In this document: piece by piece, positions 17,607-27,133 of the stretch
Layout: the number at the start of each line of letters is the position of its first letter
How positions within the stretch are numbered: position 1 is the first letter of the stretch
From: a virus
Direction: 5' to 3' (one strand)
Virus record (IMG/VR): IMGVR_UViG_3300028008_001363
Location: 35,857-99,856 of that record
Length of the DNA: 64,000 bases
Made by a program: the position numbers and the translations under genes
The notes under the pieces: model-generated
The model's input: only the letters and a program-made list of their open reading frames with translations
The model's database searches: none
What the model was told of the DNA's origin: nothing

Positions 17607-18299
17607 ATGATTGGAATATTTGGTGATAGTTTTGCATATGAAGGTCATGGCTCACATGTAAATGTAGGATGGCCCACATATCTTTCTGATTTATATAACG
17701 AAGAAAATCAGAACTTTTCAATCTCAGGTTCATCAATTCCTTACAGTTATCAATTACTTTGTGAGAAAGACTTAAGTATATACTCAAAAGTTATATTCAT
17801 TGCTACAGAACCACGTAGACTCCACTTTGTAGATAAAAAAACTAATAAAGAAATGTTATGGAATGGTCGTGATGTACCTGGTTCAATAATATGTAATTCA
17901 GTCGATACTTATTCTTCATATGACACATCTTACGATGGAGTAGCCCTAAGATACCAAGAATACATAACGGCAATGTATCCTGATAGTTGGAAGTGGATGG
18001 CTAAAGCAATGAGAAATGATGTTGTTCGTAAACACGAAAATTTATTATTATTAGATATATTCGAACTATCATTTATAAGTAACTTGGGCGCACCAGATAG
18101 GCCATGGCATATTGATTGGACAGAAGACAATAATATTAGAAGTTGTCATATGACAAAATTACAGAATAGAGAACTTGCAGGATATATTAAAGATTACTTT
18201 GATAATGGATTTGATATACATAATACATTAAAGTCTGATACTGTAAAAGAATACTATACTGAACCTTTGCACCATGAATCGGGATTTGTAAAAAAATGA
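17607..18299 (+). CDS. SGNH/GDSL-like hydrolase (paralog 2)
   Basis: MIGIFGDSF, late CHM; shares YQE.ITA.YPD.W and IKDYFDNG.DIHN with paralog 1. Confidence 0.6.
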   Translation: MIGIFGDSFAYEGHGSHVNVGWPTYLSDLYNEENQNFSISGSSIPYSYQLLCEKDLSIYSKVIFIATEPRRLHFVDKKTNKEMLWNGRDVPGSIICNSVDTYSSYDTSYDGVALRYQEYITAMYPDSWKWMAKAMRNDVVRKHENLLLLDIFELSFISNLGAPDRPWHIDWTEDNNIRSCHMTKLQNRELAGYIKDYFDNGFDIHNTLKSDTVKEYYTEPLHHESGFVKK

Positions 18300-18979
18300 T
18301 TGATACAAAAACATGGGTATTTGGTACTACATCAGAATTAAGTAAAAAGATTATAAGCAATGTAGAAGAGCCTATTCTATTTGGTAGACATAATGTAGAT
18401 TACAGTGACCCAGATAAATTCATAAAAGAACATGTAGTTGATGATAACCCAATTGAAATGATTGTTAATATTCGTCTTCCACATATGTCAGGTTTTGTAC
18501 CTTTAACTAACATCAACGAATTTAATAATCTTTTTGTAGAACAGAATAGTAATATATTCTTCTTTTACAAACTACTTACTGCTACTGCTGATATGAAGAA
18601 ACCAGTGAAGGTTTGCTTTATAACAAGTACTTTTCCTAATACATCTTGTGTGAAAATGAAGAAAGACGTATCATCACAAGACCACATAGAAAGTGTTATT
18701 GGGTTTCAAAATTATTTTACTTATGCTAGTACTAGAGCCATTCAACAGTTTGCATTCTTTTCTAGGACCAATGAATATACAAAGTCTATAGGTGTTAGTC
18801 CGTCAGGTATAAATGAGAGTAACATAGACGAATACGCAAGAAGAATAACAAATATAGTTAAAGAAGACCGAGTAGATAAACAATGGGGTTGTGTATACGA
18901 TTTAAGTAGACCAGAAGGTTGGTCAGAAACATGGCCAGATGCTGATATATGTAACGGTTTTTGGTTTTTCTATAACTAA
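18296..18979 (+). CDS. Degenerate SDR / Rossmann-like protein
   Basis: WVFGTTSELSK N-terminal strand-helix, FITS, YASTR (YxxxK-like), VSPSG. Confidence 0.4.
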   Translation: MIDTKTWVFGTTSELSKKIISNVEEPILFGRHNVDYSDPDKFIKEHVVDDNPIEMIVNIRLPHMSGFVPLTNINEFNNLFVEQNSNIFFFYKLLTATADMKKPVKVCFITSTFPNTSCVKMKKDVSSQDHIESVIGFQNYFTYASTRAIQQFAFFSRTNEYTKSIGVSPSGINESNIDEYARRITNIVKEDRVDKQWGCVYDLSRPEGWSETWPDADICNGFWFFYN

Positions 18980-19015
18980 AATAACCATTATATACGTATG
19001 TTATAGGGGAAATTA

Positions 19016-19023
19016 GATAAATA
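19016..19023 (+). promoter_or_regulatory. T4-late-like box GATAAATA
   Basis: Intergenic, upstream of GAGGA RBS and ATG 19052. Confidence 0.55.
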
Positions 19024-19051
19024 AGAGTATAATCAATACGAGGATACTCAT

Positions 19052-19339
19052 ATGGCTAGACCTAAACCAACGATAATCTTAGAGCATACAGATAATCAAA
19101 CATATCGCAGTGAGCAAGTACTCAAAGCAACCGCTGTTTACTCCGTCTTTTATAAGGGGGTAGCCATTAACTTACGTAGCCTAAATTCATTGGTTAATTT
19201 TCCTGGTCCAAAATACAAGAAAGTATCATTCAGTAATCCTGGACACGCAATCAACTTAGCACAACGATTAAATAAATTGTTTAGATGTGATGATTTCGAG
19301 GTATACATACTTACCAAGGGTGACAAACTAGAGTTGTAA
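19052..19339 (+). CDS. Hypothetical phage protein
   Basis: 95-aa basic ORF with RBS and late box. Confidence 0.65.
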   Translation: MARPKPTIILEHTDNQTYRSEQVLKATAVYSVFYKGVAINLRSLNSLVNFPGPKYKKVSFSNPGHAINLAQRLNKLFRCDDFEVYILTKGDKLEL

Positions 19340-19341
19340 AA

Positions 19342-19731
19342 GTGAATAAGAGAGAGTTAATAAACTATATTAACAAACACACAACTGGAAAAACAGCAGG
19401 CAGAAAAGAAATTACTATTAGTGATATCTTTATCAGCGCCCGTTCTGATGCCGGCTTTAGAGTGTCACCACTAGGCAGAGATATTCTTTCTAAACATTTC
19501 ACCAAATATAACATAGAACTAAAGTTGAATTCAACTACCTTACATAAGCATAGACAAAATGCAATAGGAACAGGCAACCAAATACTTACACTTGATAAGT
19601 ATCTTAAAACACCATATTATCTAAACAGGTCTAAACTAGTTCTATTTGAAGAAGTTGCCGCGGCTGAACTCTCAATGATTGATGGTGACATAGAACTATG
19701 GCTACGAAATAAAACTTTTTATTCTGATTAA
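19342..19731 (+). CDS. Hypothetical phage protein
   Basis: 129-aa ORF, GTG start, 2 nt after the previous stop. Confidence 0.6.
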   Translation: MNKRELINYINKHTTGKTAGRKEITISDIFISARSDAGFRVSPLGRDILSKHFTKYNIELKLNSTTLHKHRQNAIGTGNQILTLDKYLKTPYYLNRSKLVLFEEVAAAELSMIDGDIELWLRNKTFYSD

Positions 19732-19732
19732 G

Positions 19733-19777
19733 AACTTGACAAATCCTCGAATCGATGTATACTATAAGTATAGTTAA
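19733..19777 (+). promoter_or_regulatory. Repeated early-promoter element, copy 1
   Basis: AACTTGACAAAT, TTGACA 19736-41, 16 nt, TATACT 19758-63, then ATAAGTATAGTTAA. Confidence 0.75.
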
Positions 19778-19796
19778 TCATTAAGAGGACAATAAC

Positions 19797-20051
19797 ATGA
19801 CTAATCCGTACAAATTCAAAGTCTTTGTTAAACAATTCAACGAATCAGCAAATCTACAAGAAAATCAAATGCCAGATGGAAACTCTATCAACTGGAATTT
19901 TGTTGATGCAGACATGTGTTTGCGTGGATGGGATGTTGCCTTCGGTCGTGATGAATGGGATTCTATTTTCTGTAAAATGGCAGATGATTTCATCCTTAAT
20001 GATGCGGCCTCGAAATTAGAGGTTCTTAAAAAAGAATATTTGGGTCAATAA
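19797..20051 (+). CDS. Hypothetical phage protein
   Basis: 84 aa with its own promoter and GAGGA RBS. Confidence 0.65.
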   Translation: MTNPYKFKVFVKQFNESANLQENQMPDGNSINWNFVDADMCLRGWDVAFGRDEWDSIFCKMADDFILNDAASKLEVLKKEYLGQ

Positions 20052-20057
20052 GTGAAA

Positions 20058-20088
20058 AACTTGACAAATCCCCGAATCGTGTTACAAT
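20058..20088 (+). promoter_or_regulatory. Repeated early-promoter element, copy 2
   Basis: AACTTGACAAATCCCCGAATCG is nearly identical to copy 1; TTGACA, 16 nt, TACAAT. Confidence 0.75.
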
Positions 20089-20117
20089 AATAGTATATTA
20101 AATAGAGAGGTTAAGTT

Positions 20118-21242
20118 ATGAAAGTATCAACAAACGATTTAGATGTGAGAGTAGTTCGTCCTAGTGATGTACGTGCCGAGATTAATTACGCTATGAACCG
20201 AAAGCGTCCGGTATTCATATGGGGACCTCCTGGTGTTGGTAAATCAGAAATTGTAGATAGCATTACCCAAGAACGTTCTGGGTTTATGATTGACCTTCGT
20301 CTCGCTCTTATGGAGCCCACAGATTTACGAGGTATTCCATACTTCAATGAGAAGAATGGTACTATGGAATGGGCCACACCTTCAGATTTGCCTAGCCAAG
20401 AACTTGCTGACCAATATGAAAGTGTTGTTCTTTTCTTAGATGAAATGAACCAAGCACCACAATCAGTTCAAGCCGCGGCTTATCAGTTAATTCTAAACCG
20501 TCGTTTAGGTTCTTATGTGCTACCAGATAACGTGTTAATCGTTGCGGCTGGTAACCGTGAAAGTGACCGAGGTGTTGCATATCGTATGCCTTCACCACTT
20601 GCTAACCGTTTTGTTCACCTTGAAATGGGTGTTGACTTCGAAGATTGGCAGACTTGGGCATTAGAGAACAAAATCAGTGCCGATGTGGTTGGTTTCTTAA
20701 CGTCTAACAAGATGGACTTATTCAACTTTGACCCACGTCAGGCGAGCCGTGCCTTTGCTACTCCTCGTTCTTGGACTTTTGTTTCTGAAATGTTACCACA
20801 AGAAGGTGAAGAAATTTCACAAAGTCGTTTACATGACTTGATTGCTGGTACAGTTGGTGATGGTGTTGCTACTAAGTTTATGGCTCACAGAGCCTTGTCA
20901 AGTAAGTTGCCTGTTCCTTCTGATATCTTAGATGGTACAGTTACAACTCTTTCATCAGAAGCACGTGAGATTTCAGCGATGTTCTCGTTGACAACTTCAC
21001 TATGTTACGAGTTGAAAGACTTTGTAGACCGTAACGGTAAAGACAAAATGGATGAGTTATATAGCATGGCTAATAACTTCTTTAAGTTTATGATGGAAAA
21101 CTTTGATACTGAAATGACAGTATTAGGTGGTCGTACTGCTCTTAAAGTTTACAAACTTCCATTAGAGCCTCGTAAAGTGCCTTGTATTGAAGATTTCTTC
21201 AAAAAGCATGGTAAACTTATCATCGAGGCCCATAACGCCTAA
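20118..21242 (+). CDS. MoxR-like AAA+ ATPase
   Basis: Walker A GPPGVGKS, Walker B LFLDE, AAGNR, LANRF, TPRSW. Confidence 0.92.
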   Translation: MKVSTNDLDVRVVRPSDVRAEINYAMNRKRPVFIWGPPGVGKSEIVDSITQERSGFMIDLRLALMEPTDLRGIPYFNEKNGTMEWATPSDLPSQELADQYESVVLFLDEMNQAPQSVQAAAYQLILNRRLGSYVLPDNVLIVAAGNRESDRGVAYRMPSPLANRFVHLEMGVDFEDWQTWALENKISADVVGFLTSNKMDLFNFDPRQASRAFATPRSWTFVSEMLPQEGEEISQSRLHDLIAGTVGDGVATKFMAHRALSSKLPVPSDILDGTVTTLSSEAREISAMFSLTTSLCYELKDFVDRNGKDKMDELYSMANNFFKFMMENFDTEMTVLGGRTALKVYKLPLEPRKVPCIEDFFKKHGKLIIEAHNA

Positions 21243-21309
21243 AAGAATAGCCCACTAGGGGGCTGCCGGGATACGTAGGGTATCAGGTAATCCTAGACTA
21301 CAGGAGACG

Positions 21310-21339
21310 GGAGGCTAACAGAAATGTTAGTCTCCTTTA
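21310..21339 (+). terminator. Hairpin with GAAA tetraloop (terminator-like)
   Basis: GGAGGCTAACA-GAAA-TGTTAGTCTCC followed by TTT. Confidence 0.65.
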
Positions 21340-21352
21340 CTGTATGTCCCTA

Positions 21353-21381
21353 TTGACTTTCCTTGATTTTTATGGTATACT
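21353..21381 (+). promoter_or_regulatory. sigma70-type promoter, probably giving a leaderless transcript
   Basis: TTGACT, 17 nt, TATACT with TGn; ATG 21388 lies 7 nt past the -10 box with no RBS. Confidence 0.7.
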
Positions 21382-21387
21382 GGTGTA

Positions 21388-22773
21388 ATGATATTTGAAA
21401 CTATAAAAAACCAATCACAATTACATCGGCATAAAACCGCAGTAATTTGTGGTGACAAAAAATATACCTACACTGAACTTATTGAGAGTGTAGAAAAACT
21501 GGCTGCCGTTATGTCTACTGCATTTCTTCCAGGTGACAGATTATTATTTGCTAGTGGTAAAGAATATCATTATATTAGAATGGTATTAGCATGTGACATT
21601 CTCGGTGTAACATTCATGCCTACATTTCCAAATCTGCCAAAAGATGTAGTAGATGGAATAGTAGAAGCAAGTTCACCAGACCATATTATACTAACTGAGG
21701 CTGATGCTTTAGCCTTAGAACCACATAACAAAGCACTGATATATTCTAAGAAAACCGACCATACATACACAGTATTATTCACAAGTGGTACAACCGGTAA
21801 ACCTAAAGCAGTTGCACATACGAGTGCAGGATGTTTGATGGCATGTTTCAATAGTATTAGTGTGTATCAAATGAGTTCAAATGATGTAATACTATCTCAA
21901 TTACCACCATCAACCGTAGGAGGTTTGTATCTATACGCACTTCCAGGACTAATTAAAGGTTGTACAGTTGTAATCGAACAGTTCAATCCTAGACGATTTG
22001 TAAAGTTATGTGAAGAATATAAACCAACAATAGGCATAATTGTTCCAGCAATGATACTTGCTATGCAGAATTTAAAGACATGGAATGAATTAGATATGTC
22101 TCATTGGAGAGAACTAAGTGTTGGTAGTACAATTATACCAGAAGAAATGTTAGACATTCTATTCAGTAAAGGTGTCCCTGCCATCAGAGATTTATATGGG
22201 TGTACGGAAACTCAAGTTCCAGCATTCACATTCTTAATTGAACCAGATACTGAACACAAATTACAACTTGAATGCAATGACCAATATGAATACAAATTAG
22301 ATAGACATGACCAGTTATGGTTAAAAAGTCCTCTACTAATGAGCAACTATCTGAATGCAGATGCAGAACTAGACAGTGATGGTTTTTGGTGTACAGGTGA
22401 TGTATTTGAACGCAAGTATAATAAACTATTTTACAAGTCTCGCAGAAAAGATTTAATGAAAATCAACAGTCATAATGTATCACCAATTGGTATAGAAAAT
22501 GCTATATTAGTATTAGACGGTGTTGATGAAGTATGTGTAATATCTAAAGAACGAGGTTTAGGTGAAAAATATATCGTAGCAATTATAAGTAGTCAGGACC
22601 CACAGATAAATAAATCGTTAGTGATGAATTCTATAGAAAGCAAACTCATGCCATATGAACTTCCTAAAGATATAATCGTTACTAAAGAAACTCTGCCTAG
22701 AAATCAGATGGGCAAAATACAGAGACATGTTATACAAGGCATCTACGGAGAAGTCAATGAAGACCAAAGTTAA
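21388..22773 (+). CDS. Class I adenylate-forming enzyme (acyl-CoA / acyl-ACP ligase family)
   Basis: FTSGTTGKPK, YGCTET, TGD, LPRNQMGKI motifs. Confidence 0.92.
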   Translation: MIFETIKNQSQLHRHKTAVICGDKKYTYTELIESVEKLAAVMSTAFLPGDRLLFASGKEYHYIRMVLACDILGVTFMPTFPNLPKDVVDGIVEASSPDHIILTEADALALEPHNKALIYSKKTDHTYTVLFTSGTTGKPKAVAHTSAGCLMACFNSISVYQMSSNDVILSQLPPSTVGGLYLYALPGLIKGCTVVIEQFNPRRFVKLCEEYKPTIGIIVPAMILAMQNLKTWNELDMSHWRELSVGSTIIPEEMLDILFSKGVPAIRDLYGCTETQVPAFTFLIEPDTEHKLQLECNDQYEYKLDRHDQLWLKSPLLMSNYLNADAELDSDGFWCTGDVFERKYNKLFYKSRRKDLMKINSHNVSPIGIENAILVLDGVDEVCVISKERGLGEKYIVAIISSQDPQINKSLVMNSIESKLMPYELPKDIIVTKETLPRNQMGKIQRHVIQGIYGEVNEDQS

Positions 22774-24445
22774 AAAGATAGTTGTTGTCGGCGGTGGTGT
22801 AGGCGGTTGGCTATCTGCATCTTGGCTAAAAACAAAACATCCAGAACTAGACATAACCCTTATTGAAAGTGATAAAGTAGGAACTATTGGTATTGGTGAA
22901 AGTGTCTTACCTCGCCTAGGAACTATGTTAAGTGATATAGGGCTAGAAGAACGAGAGTGGATGTCTTATACACATTCAATATACAAACTTGGTAATAAAT
23001 TTATTGGCTGGAATATTCCAGGTAAAAGAGACCATGTTACTAATCACTGGTGGCCTTCTAAGTTTGATGAATCATATTATGGATTTTCTTATGCCTTACC
23101 AGAAGAACACTTAGCATCAAGTTATTATAATCAATTAAAGACTACCGATTTGTTTTACAACTCTAAAGGTAAAGAAGGTGTTAATGATAAATGGAATGAT
23201 TATTGGCTTCAATTAGCACGTGATGGTAGAAAAAACTTATGGGAGATTGCACAAGATACACAAGAGGCAACTTACTTGATGGACTACTGTAAGTCTCCTT
23301 ATGACATGAATGACAATCTGATGTTAGGTTCATGGGAAAGTCTAACATATCATATCGATGCAAATAGATTTCCGAAACTAATTAAAGATAGAGTTGCGAT
23401 ACCAAAGGGTGTTAAGCACATACATGGACACATATCTGAGATTAAAAAAGATGCCGACGGATACATATCATCTGTCGTAACAGACGCAGGCGAAGAATAT
23501 AGTGGTGATTTATTTTTAGATTGCACAGGCTTTCATAGAGTTCTTACAAAAGAAATGGATGTCGAATGGAAACCTTATAATGAAATTACTACGGACAATT
23601 TAATCTTTGCACCAATAAAATACAATGACCCAGTAAAAGAAATGCGTCCATATACTATGAGCAATGCAATGGATGAAGGTTGGTTGTTTATCATTTCATT
23701 ATATAATAGAATGGGTTCAGGTTATATATTTGATGCTAGTGAGATATCTCCAGAAGATGCAATGAAGAAGTATAAAAAGTATTGGGAAGGTCACGAGTTT
23801 ATAAGAGAACCTAGACATATAAAATGGGATGCTGGTAAATACGATACGCAATGGAATAACAATGTAGTATCAATCGGAATGACTGGTGGAATGATTGAAC
23901 CTATGGAAGCAAACGTGTTAGCACTAGCACAGGCTGGTATGAAAATGGTTGAACGAATTATTTCACGTGCAGATGAAAATGATGAAGTGATTGGCAAAGC
24001 ATCAATCAAGGCATATAATAGTAACCTGAATTGGCTGTTCGATAACATAACAAAATTTGTAGACTATCACTATACTTTAAGTGACAGAACTGACACACCT
24101 TTCTGGGCTAAAAAACACCAAAGAGGCATTGATGAAAATCATAAAGAAGAAATATGGAAGCAGTATAGAAATCCTAGATGCACACCAGAATCAGGTGTAC
24201 CAGATTATATGTGGGCACAAGTAGCCGTTTCTATGGACAAGTTTGATGATGATGTTGAACTTCATGTTCGTCCAGACTTATTAGAGAAAGCAAACGAATC
24301 ATTTGAATGGTTAAGAAAATCTAGTAAACGAAATGGAATATATGCACCAAACGCCTATGAATGGAATAAGAAAATGTTATTCGGTGATAGAACTCATAGT
24401 GAAGTACTAGAAGAAAGTTTAAAACCACAAGATGAAGATAGTTAA
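22757..24445 (+). CDS. Flavin-dependent tryptophan-halogenase-family protein
   Basis: VVGGGVGG, IGIGES, SIYKLG (PrnA K79-equivalent Lys), YHIDA, FLDCTGF, DRTDTPFW; start at ATG 22757 after GGAG. Confidence 0.88.
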   Translation: MKTKVKKIVVVGGGVGGWLSASWLKTKHPELDITLIESDKVGTIGIGESVLPRLGTMLSDIGLEEREWMSYTHSIYKLGNKFIGWNIPGKRDHVTNHWWPSKFDESYYGFSYALPEEHLASSYYNQLKTTDLFYNSKGKEGVNDKWNDYWLQLARDGRKNLWEIAQDTQEATYLMDYCKSPYDMNDNLMLGSWESLTYHIDANRFPKLIKDRVAIPKGVKHIHGHISEIKKDADGYISSVVTDAGEEYSGDLFLDCTGFHRVLTKEMDVEWKPYNEITTDNLIFAPIKYNDPVKEMRPYTMSNAMDEGWLFIISLYNRMGSGYIFDASEISPEDAMKKYKKYWEGHEFIREPRHIKWDAGKYDTQWNNNVVSIGMTGGMIEPMEANVLALAQAGMKMVERIISRADENDEVIGKASIKAYNSNLNWLFDNITKFVDYHYTLSDRTDTPFWAKKHQRGIDENHKEEIWKQYRNPRCTPESGVPDYMWAQVAVSMDKFDDDVELHVRPDLLEKANESFEWLRKSSKRNGIYAPNAYEWNKKMLFGDRTHSEVLEESLKPQDEDS

Positions 24446-25043
24446 AACATTTATAGGTAAGAATAGTTTTGAATTTAATCTTGTAGAATATGACCCAAGT
24501 CTACAGAGTGATTTAGAAGATTTCTGTAAGCGATGTGACCGAGAAGGTTACACCAATAACGCAAGTTTTAAAGCATTGAAACTTGGCAAATGGGGTAACT
24601 TAGAAAAGTGGTGGCTTGTTTATCATAAAGATAAGATTATCAGCATGAGTGGTGCCCATTATTTTCCACACTTACATTCTAACTGTTTTATTATATTAAG
24701 TAGAATGGCTACAATGAAGGCATATAATGGAATGGCATCGCCTTCTGTGTCGGCTAGAAAGATGCAACACAACTTTGCATTTGGAGTTTTTATGCCAGTT
24801 CAAATAGATTGGTGTTTAGAAATGGGTGCTACAGATATTATAGGAACTACCAACTCACCAAAAAACGACACAGATAGAAGTGGCACAATGTTTAAAGTCC
24901 ACGAATATGCTGACAAGTTTTTTAAGATAGGTGACAAAGCAACTAGAATACATAAAGACTTTCCAAGTTACAATACACTACAAGATATTTGGAGATTTAA
25001 TGTAAGAGACTTTGCGACAATGGAAAAGATAAAATACAAATGA
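24432..25043 (+). CDS. GNAT-fold acyltransferase-like protein
   Basis: WWLVYHKDKIISMSGAH and IILSRMAT strand pattern; weak. Confidence 0.4.
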   Translation: MKIVKTFIGKNSFEFNLVEYDPSLQSDLEDFCKRCDREGYTNNASFKALKLGKWGNLEKWWLVYHKDKIISMSGAHYFPHLHSNCFIILSRMATMKAYNGMASPSVSARKMQHNFAFGVFMPVQIDWCLEMGATDIIGTTNSPKNDTDRSGTMFKVHEYADKFFKIGDKATRIHKDFPSYNTLQDIWRFNVRDFATMEKIKYK

Positions 25044-26191
25044 CAGTATATATTAACGCAATTAGTGGTCTAACTCCTTTTGGTGACCTAGAAGACACAT
25101 GGAAGGCAATAACAAATGATGAAGTTTGTTACGGTCCTCTTACTAAATTTTCACATGATAAGAGCATCAGGTCTAAGGTTTCAGGTGAGGTTAAGTTTAA
25201 TGCTGAAAACCATCCTATCATAACTGAAAGAGAACAAGATAAAATGCCATCGTATATGCAATGGGCATTATCATCAGCAGATAAATTATTACACAAACAA
25301 GATTTAGAAAAAGACAGAACTGGTGTTCTTGTATCAACTGCCCTTAGTATGTATAACGAACCTCTACGAGCAAGTGAAAATAAGAATGTCAACACTTATA
25401 CATTCACCCCAAATCTTATATCAAACAATATCAATATTAAATATGGTTTTACAGGACCAAGTACAATGTTGTCTAGTGCGTGTTCTACAGGACTGTACAG
25501 TATCATTATGGGTTGTATGATGATTGAAACAGGACAAGCCGATAACATAATTGCTGGTGCATTTGATGATTCGATTTATAAGGATGCATATAAACAGTTC
25601 GGTAAACTAAGAGCATTGTCAACAAAGTACAATGAAACTCCTGAAATAGCAAGTCGTCCATGGGATAAAGATAGAGACGGACTAGTTCTCAGTGAGGGTG
25701 GTGCATTATTTTTATTATCAAAAACTAAGACAAAAGATACAATAGCAGAGATATCTGGATATGCAATGAATAACGATGCATTCCAGGCTGTTGCTCCGCA
25801 TCCAGATGGGACTATGATAGAAAAATGTATGAAAGATGCACTGTTTTATCGCACACCAGACTTAATCAATGCACATGCAACATCTACCCCTAAGGGCGAT
25901 TATATTGAGGTGGATGCAATCAATAGATTAGGACTAGAAGATGTATGGGTAACAGCAAATAAGTCGCAAATTGGTCACTTAATGGGGGCTGCCGGTGCCA
26001 TAGAGACTGCTTTAAGCGTACTTTCACTAGAAAATGACATTATTACTCCATCTTTAAACATAAATGAACTAGAAGATGGTTATAATATAAAATATACACC
26101 AACTACCATATCACATAAAGTTAATTCAGTACTGTGTAATAGTTTTGGATTTGGTGGGACAAATGCATGTATTTTGTTATCAAAAACTTGA
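25040..26191 (+). CDS. fabF: Beta-ketoacyl synthase II (FabF-like ketosynthase)
   Basis: SSACSTG (Cys), NAHATST (His), KSQIGHLMGAAG (His), SRPWDKDRDG, NSFGFGGTN. Confidence 0.92.
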   Translation: MTVYINAISGLTPFGDLEDTWKAITNDEVCYGPLTKFSHDKSIRSKVSGEVKFNAENHPIITEREQDKMPSYMQWALSSADKLLHKQDLEKDRTGVLVSTALSMYNEPLRASENKNVNTYTFTPNLISNNINIKYGFTGPSTMLSSACSTGLYSIIMGCMMIETGQADNIIAGAFDDSIYKDAYKQFGKLRALSTKYNETPEIASRPWDKDRDGLVLSEGGALFLLSKTKTKDTIAEISGYAMNNDAFQAVAPHPDGTMIEKCMKDALFYRTPDLINAHATSTPKGDYIEVDAINRLGLEDVWVTANKSQIGHLMGAAGAIETALSVLSLENDIITPSLNINELEDGYNIKYTPTTISHKVNSVLCNSFGFGGTNACILLSKT

Positions 26192-26215
26192 CAAGATTGC
26201 AAAATGTGTTATACT
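26185..26215 (+). promoter_or_regulatory. Repeated early-promoter element, copy 3
   Basis: AACTTGACA, 16 nt, TATACT; the TGA doubles as the fabF stop. Confidence 0.7.
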
Positions 26216-26246
26216 CTTTATATAAGTTAATAAAGAAGTAGATATT

Positions 26247-27062
26247 ATGATAGACACATCGAACAAACATAGTTACACCCTTGAAAGAGAATCAAAAGTC
26301 GTTGTTTACTTTGGTAAATATGACTTCACCAATGGTGCTGAGATTATACATAATATAAAATCATCGGACAGTCCGTATTCATTTTCTAAAGATGAACTTC
26401 TTACGGCAGCCGTAGTGGCAAATAAATTCAATTCGAAGTATGTTAAAGCCGGTGGGACTTTTGATATAGTTGAAGGTGAATTTGTGAAGACTGCTTTCAG
26501 TAATAAAGACATTCTTGCTTCAATTTTGGTGAGTTATCCACATTTAATACTTGACGAAGACCGACAAAAAGCATCAGACATAATGAGATACTTAGAAGGT
26601 GAGTTTTCTTTTAAGATACTTGCTGATACTTTAACTGAATTTGAAAGTAGTATTGCTACATTCTTAGGTGCAGACAGTGATTCATTAGCACAGATAATAG
26701 GTGTTGCGGCTTATCTTCCTACTTACTATGATAATGCAGTAAAAAATGATGAACTCCGTGAAAGAAGTTTTCATACTGGACATCTCGGTGAAGTTGGTGA
26801 GAAGATAATAACAGAGATTGAAATACTTAGGTCAAAATACTTGGCAGAGACCGCATTTGGTGGCTCAGGTTACATGGTGAGTGCTATTACTACTGACGAC
26901 CATAGAGTTAGTTTCTTTACTACTAATGATGATTTAGCAAACAGTAAAAAGAATGTTAAGGTTTCATGTAAAGTGAAATCACTAGGTACTGCTTGGAAAG
27001 AAGACACGATTAACGAAACTAGAGTTAATTACGTTAGAATTTTAAATGTAGCAGATTTATAG
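26247..27062 (+). CDS. Hypothetical protein, possible C-terminal OB-like beta domain
   Basis: 271 aa; GHLGEVGEKI...ETRVNYV beta-rich tail. Confidence 0.55.
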   Translation: MIDTSNKHSYTLERESKVVVYFGKYDFTNGAEIIHNIKSSDSPYSFSKDELLTAAVVANKFNSKYVKAGGTFDIVEGEFVKTAFSNKDILASILVSYPHLILDEDRQKASDIMRYLEGEFSFKILADTLTEFESSIATFLGADSDSLAQIIGVAAYLPTYYDNAVKNDELRERSFHTGHLGEVGEKIITEIEILRSKYLAETAFGGSGYMVSAITTDDHRVSFFTTNDDLANSKKNVKVSCKVKSLGTAWKEDTINETRVNYVRILNVADL

Positions 27063-27068
27063 AGCCAA

Positions 27069-27099
27069 AACTTGACAAACCACAGAACCATGTTATATT
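27069..27099 (+). promoter_or_regulatory. Repeated early-promoter element, copy 4
   Basis: AACTTGACAAA, 16 nt, TATATT with TGn. Confidence 0.7.
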
Positions 27100-27133
27100 A
27101 TATACATAATCAGAAATAAGAGAGGTCACTTCA

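Noticed and set aside
21388-26191. Calling this a complete NRPS/PKS cluster
   Set aside because: No carrier protein, PPTase, condensation, chain-length-factor or thioesterase gene was seen in the window.
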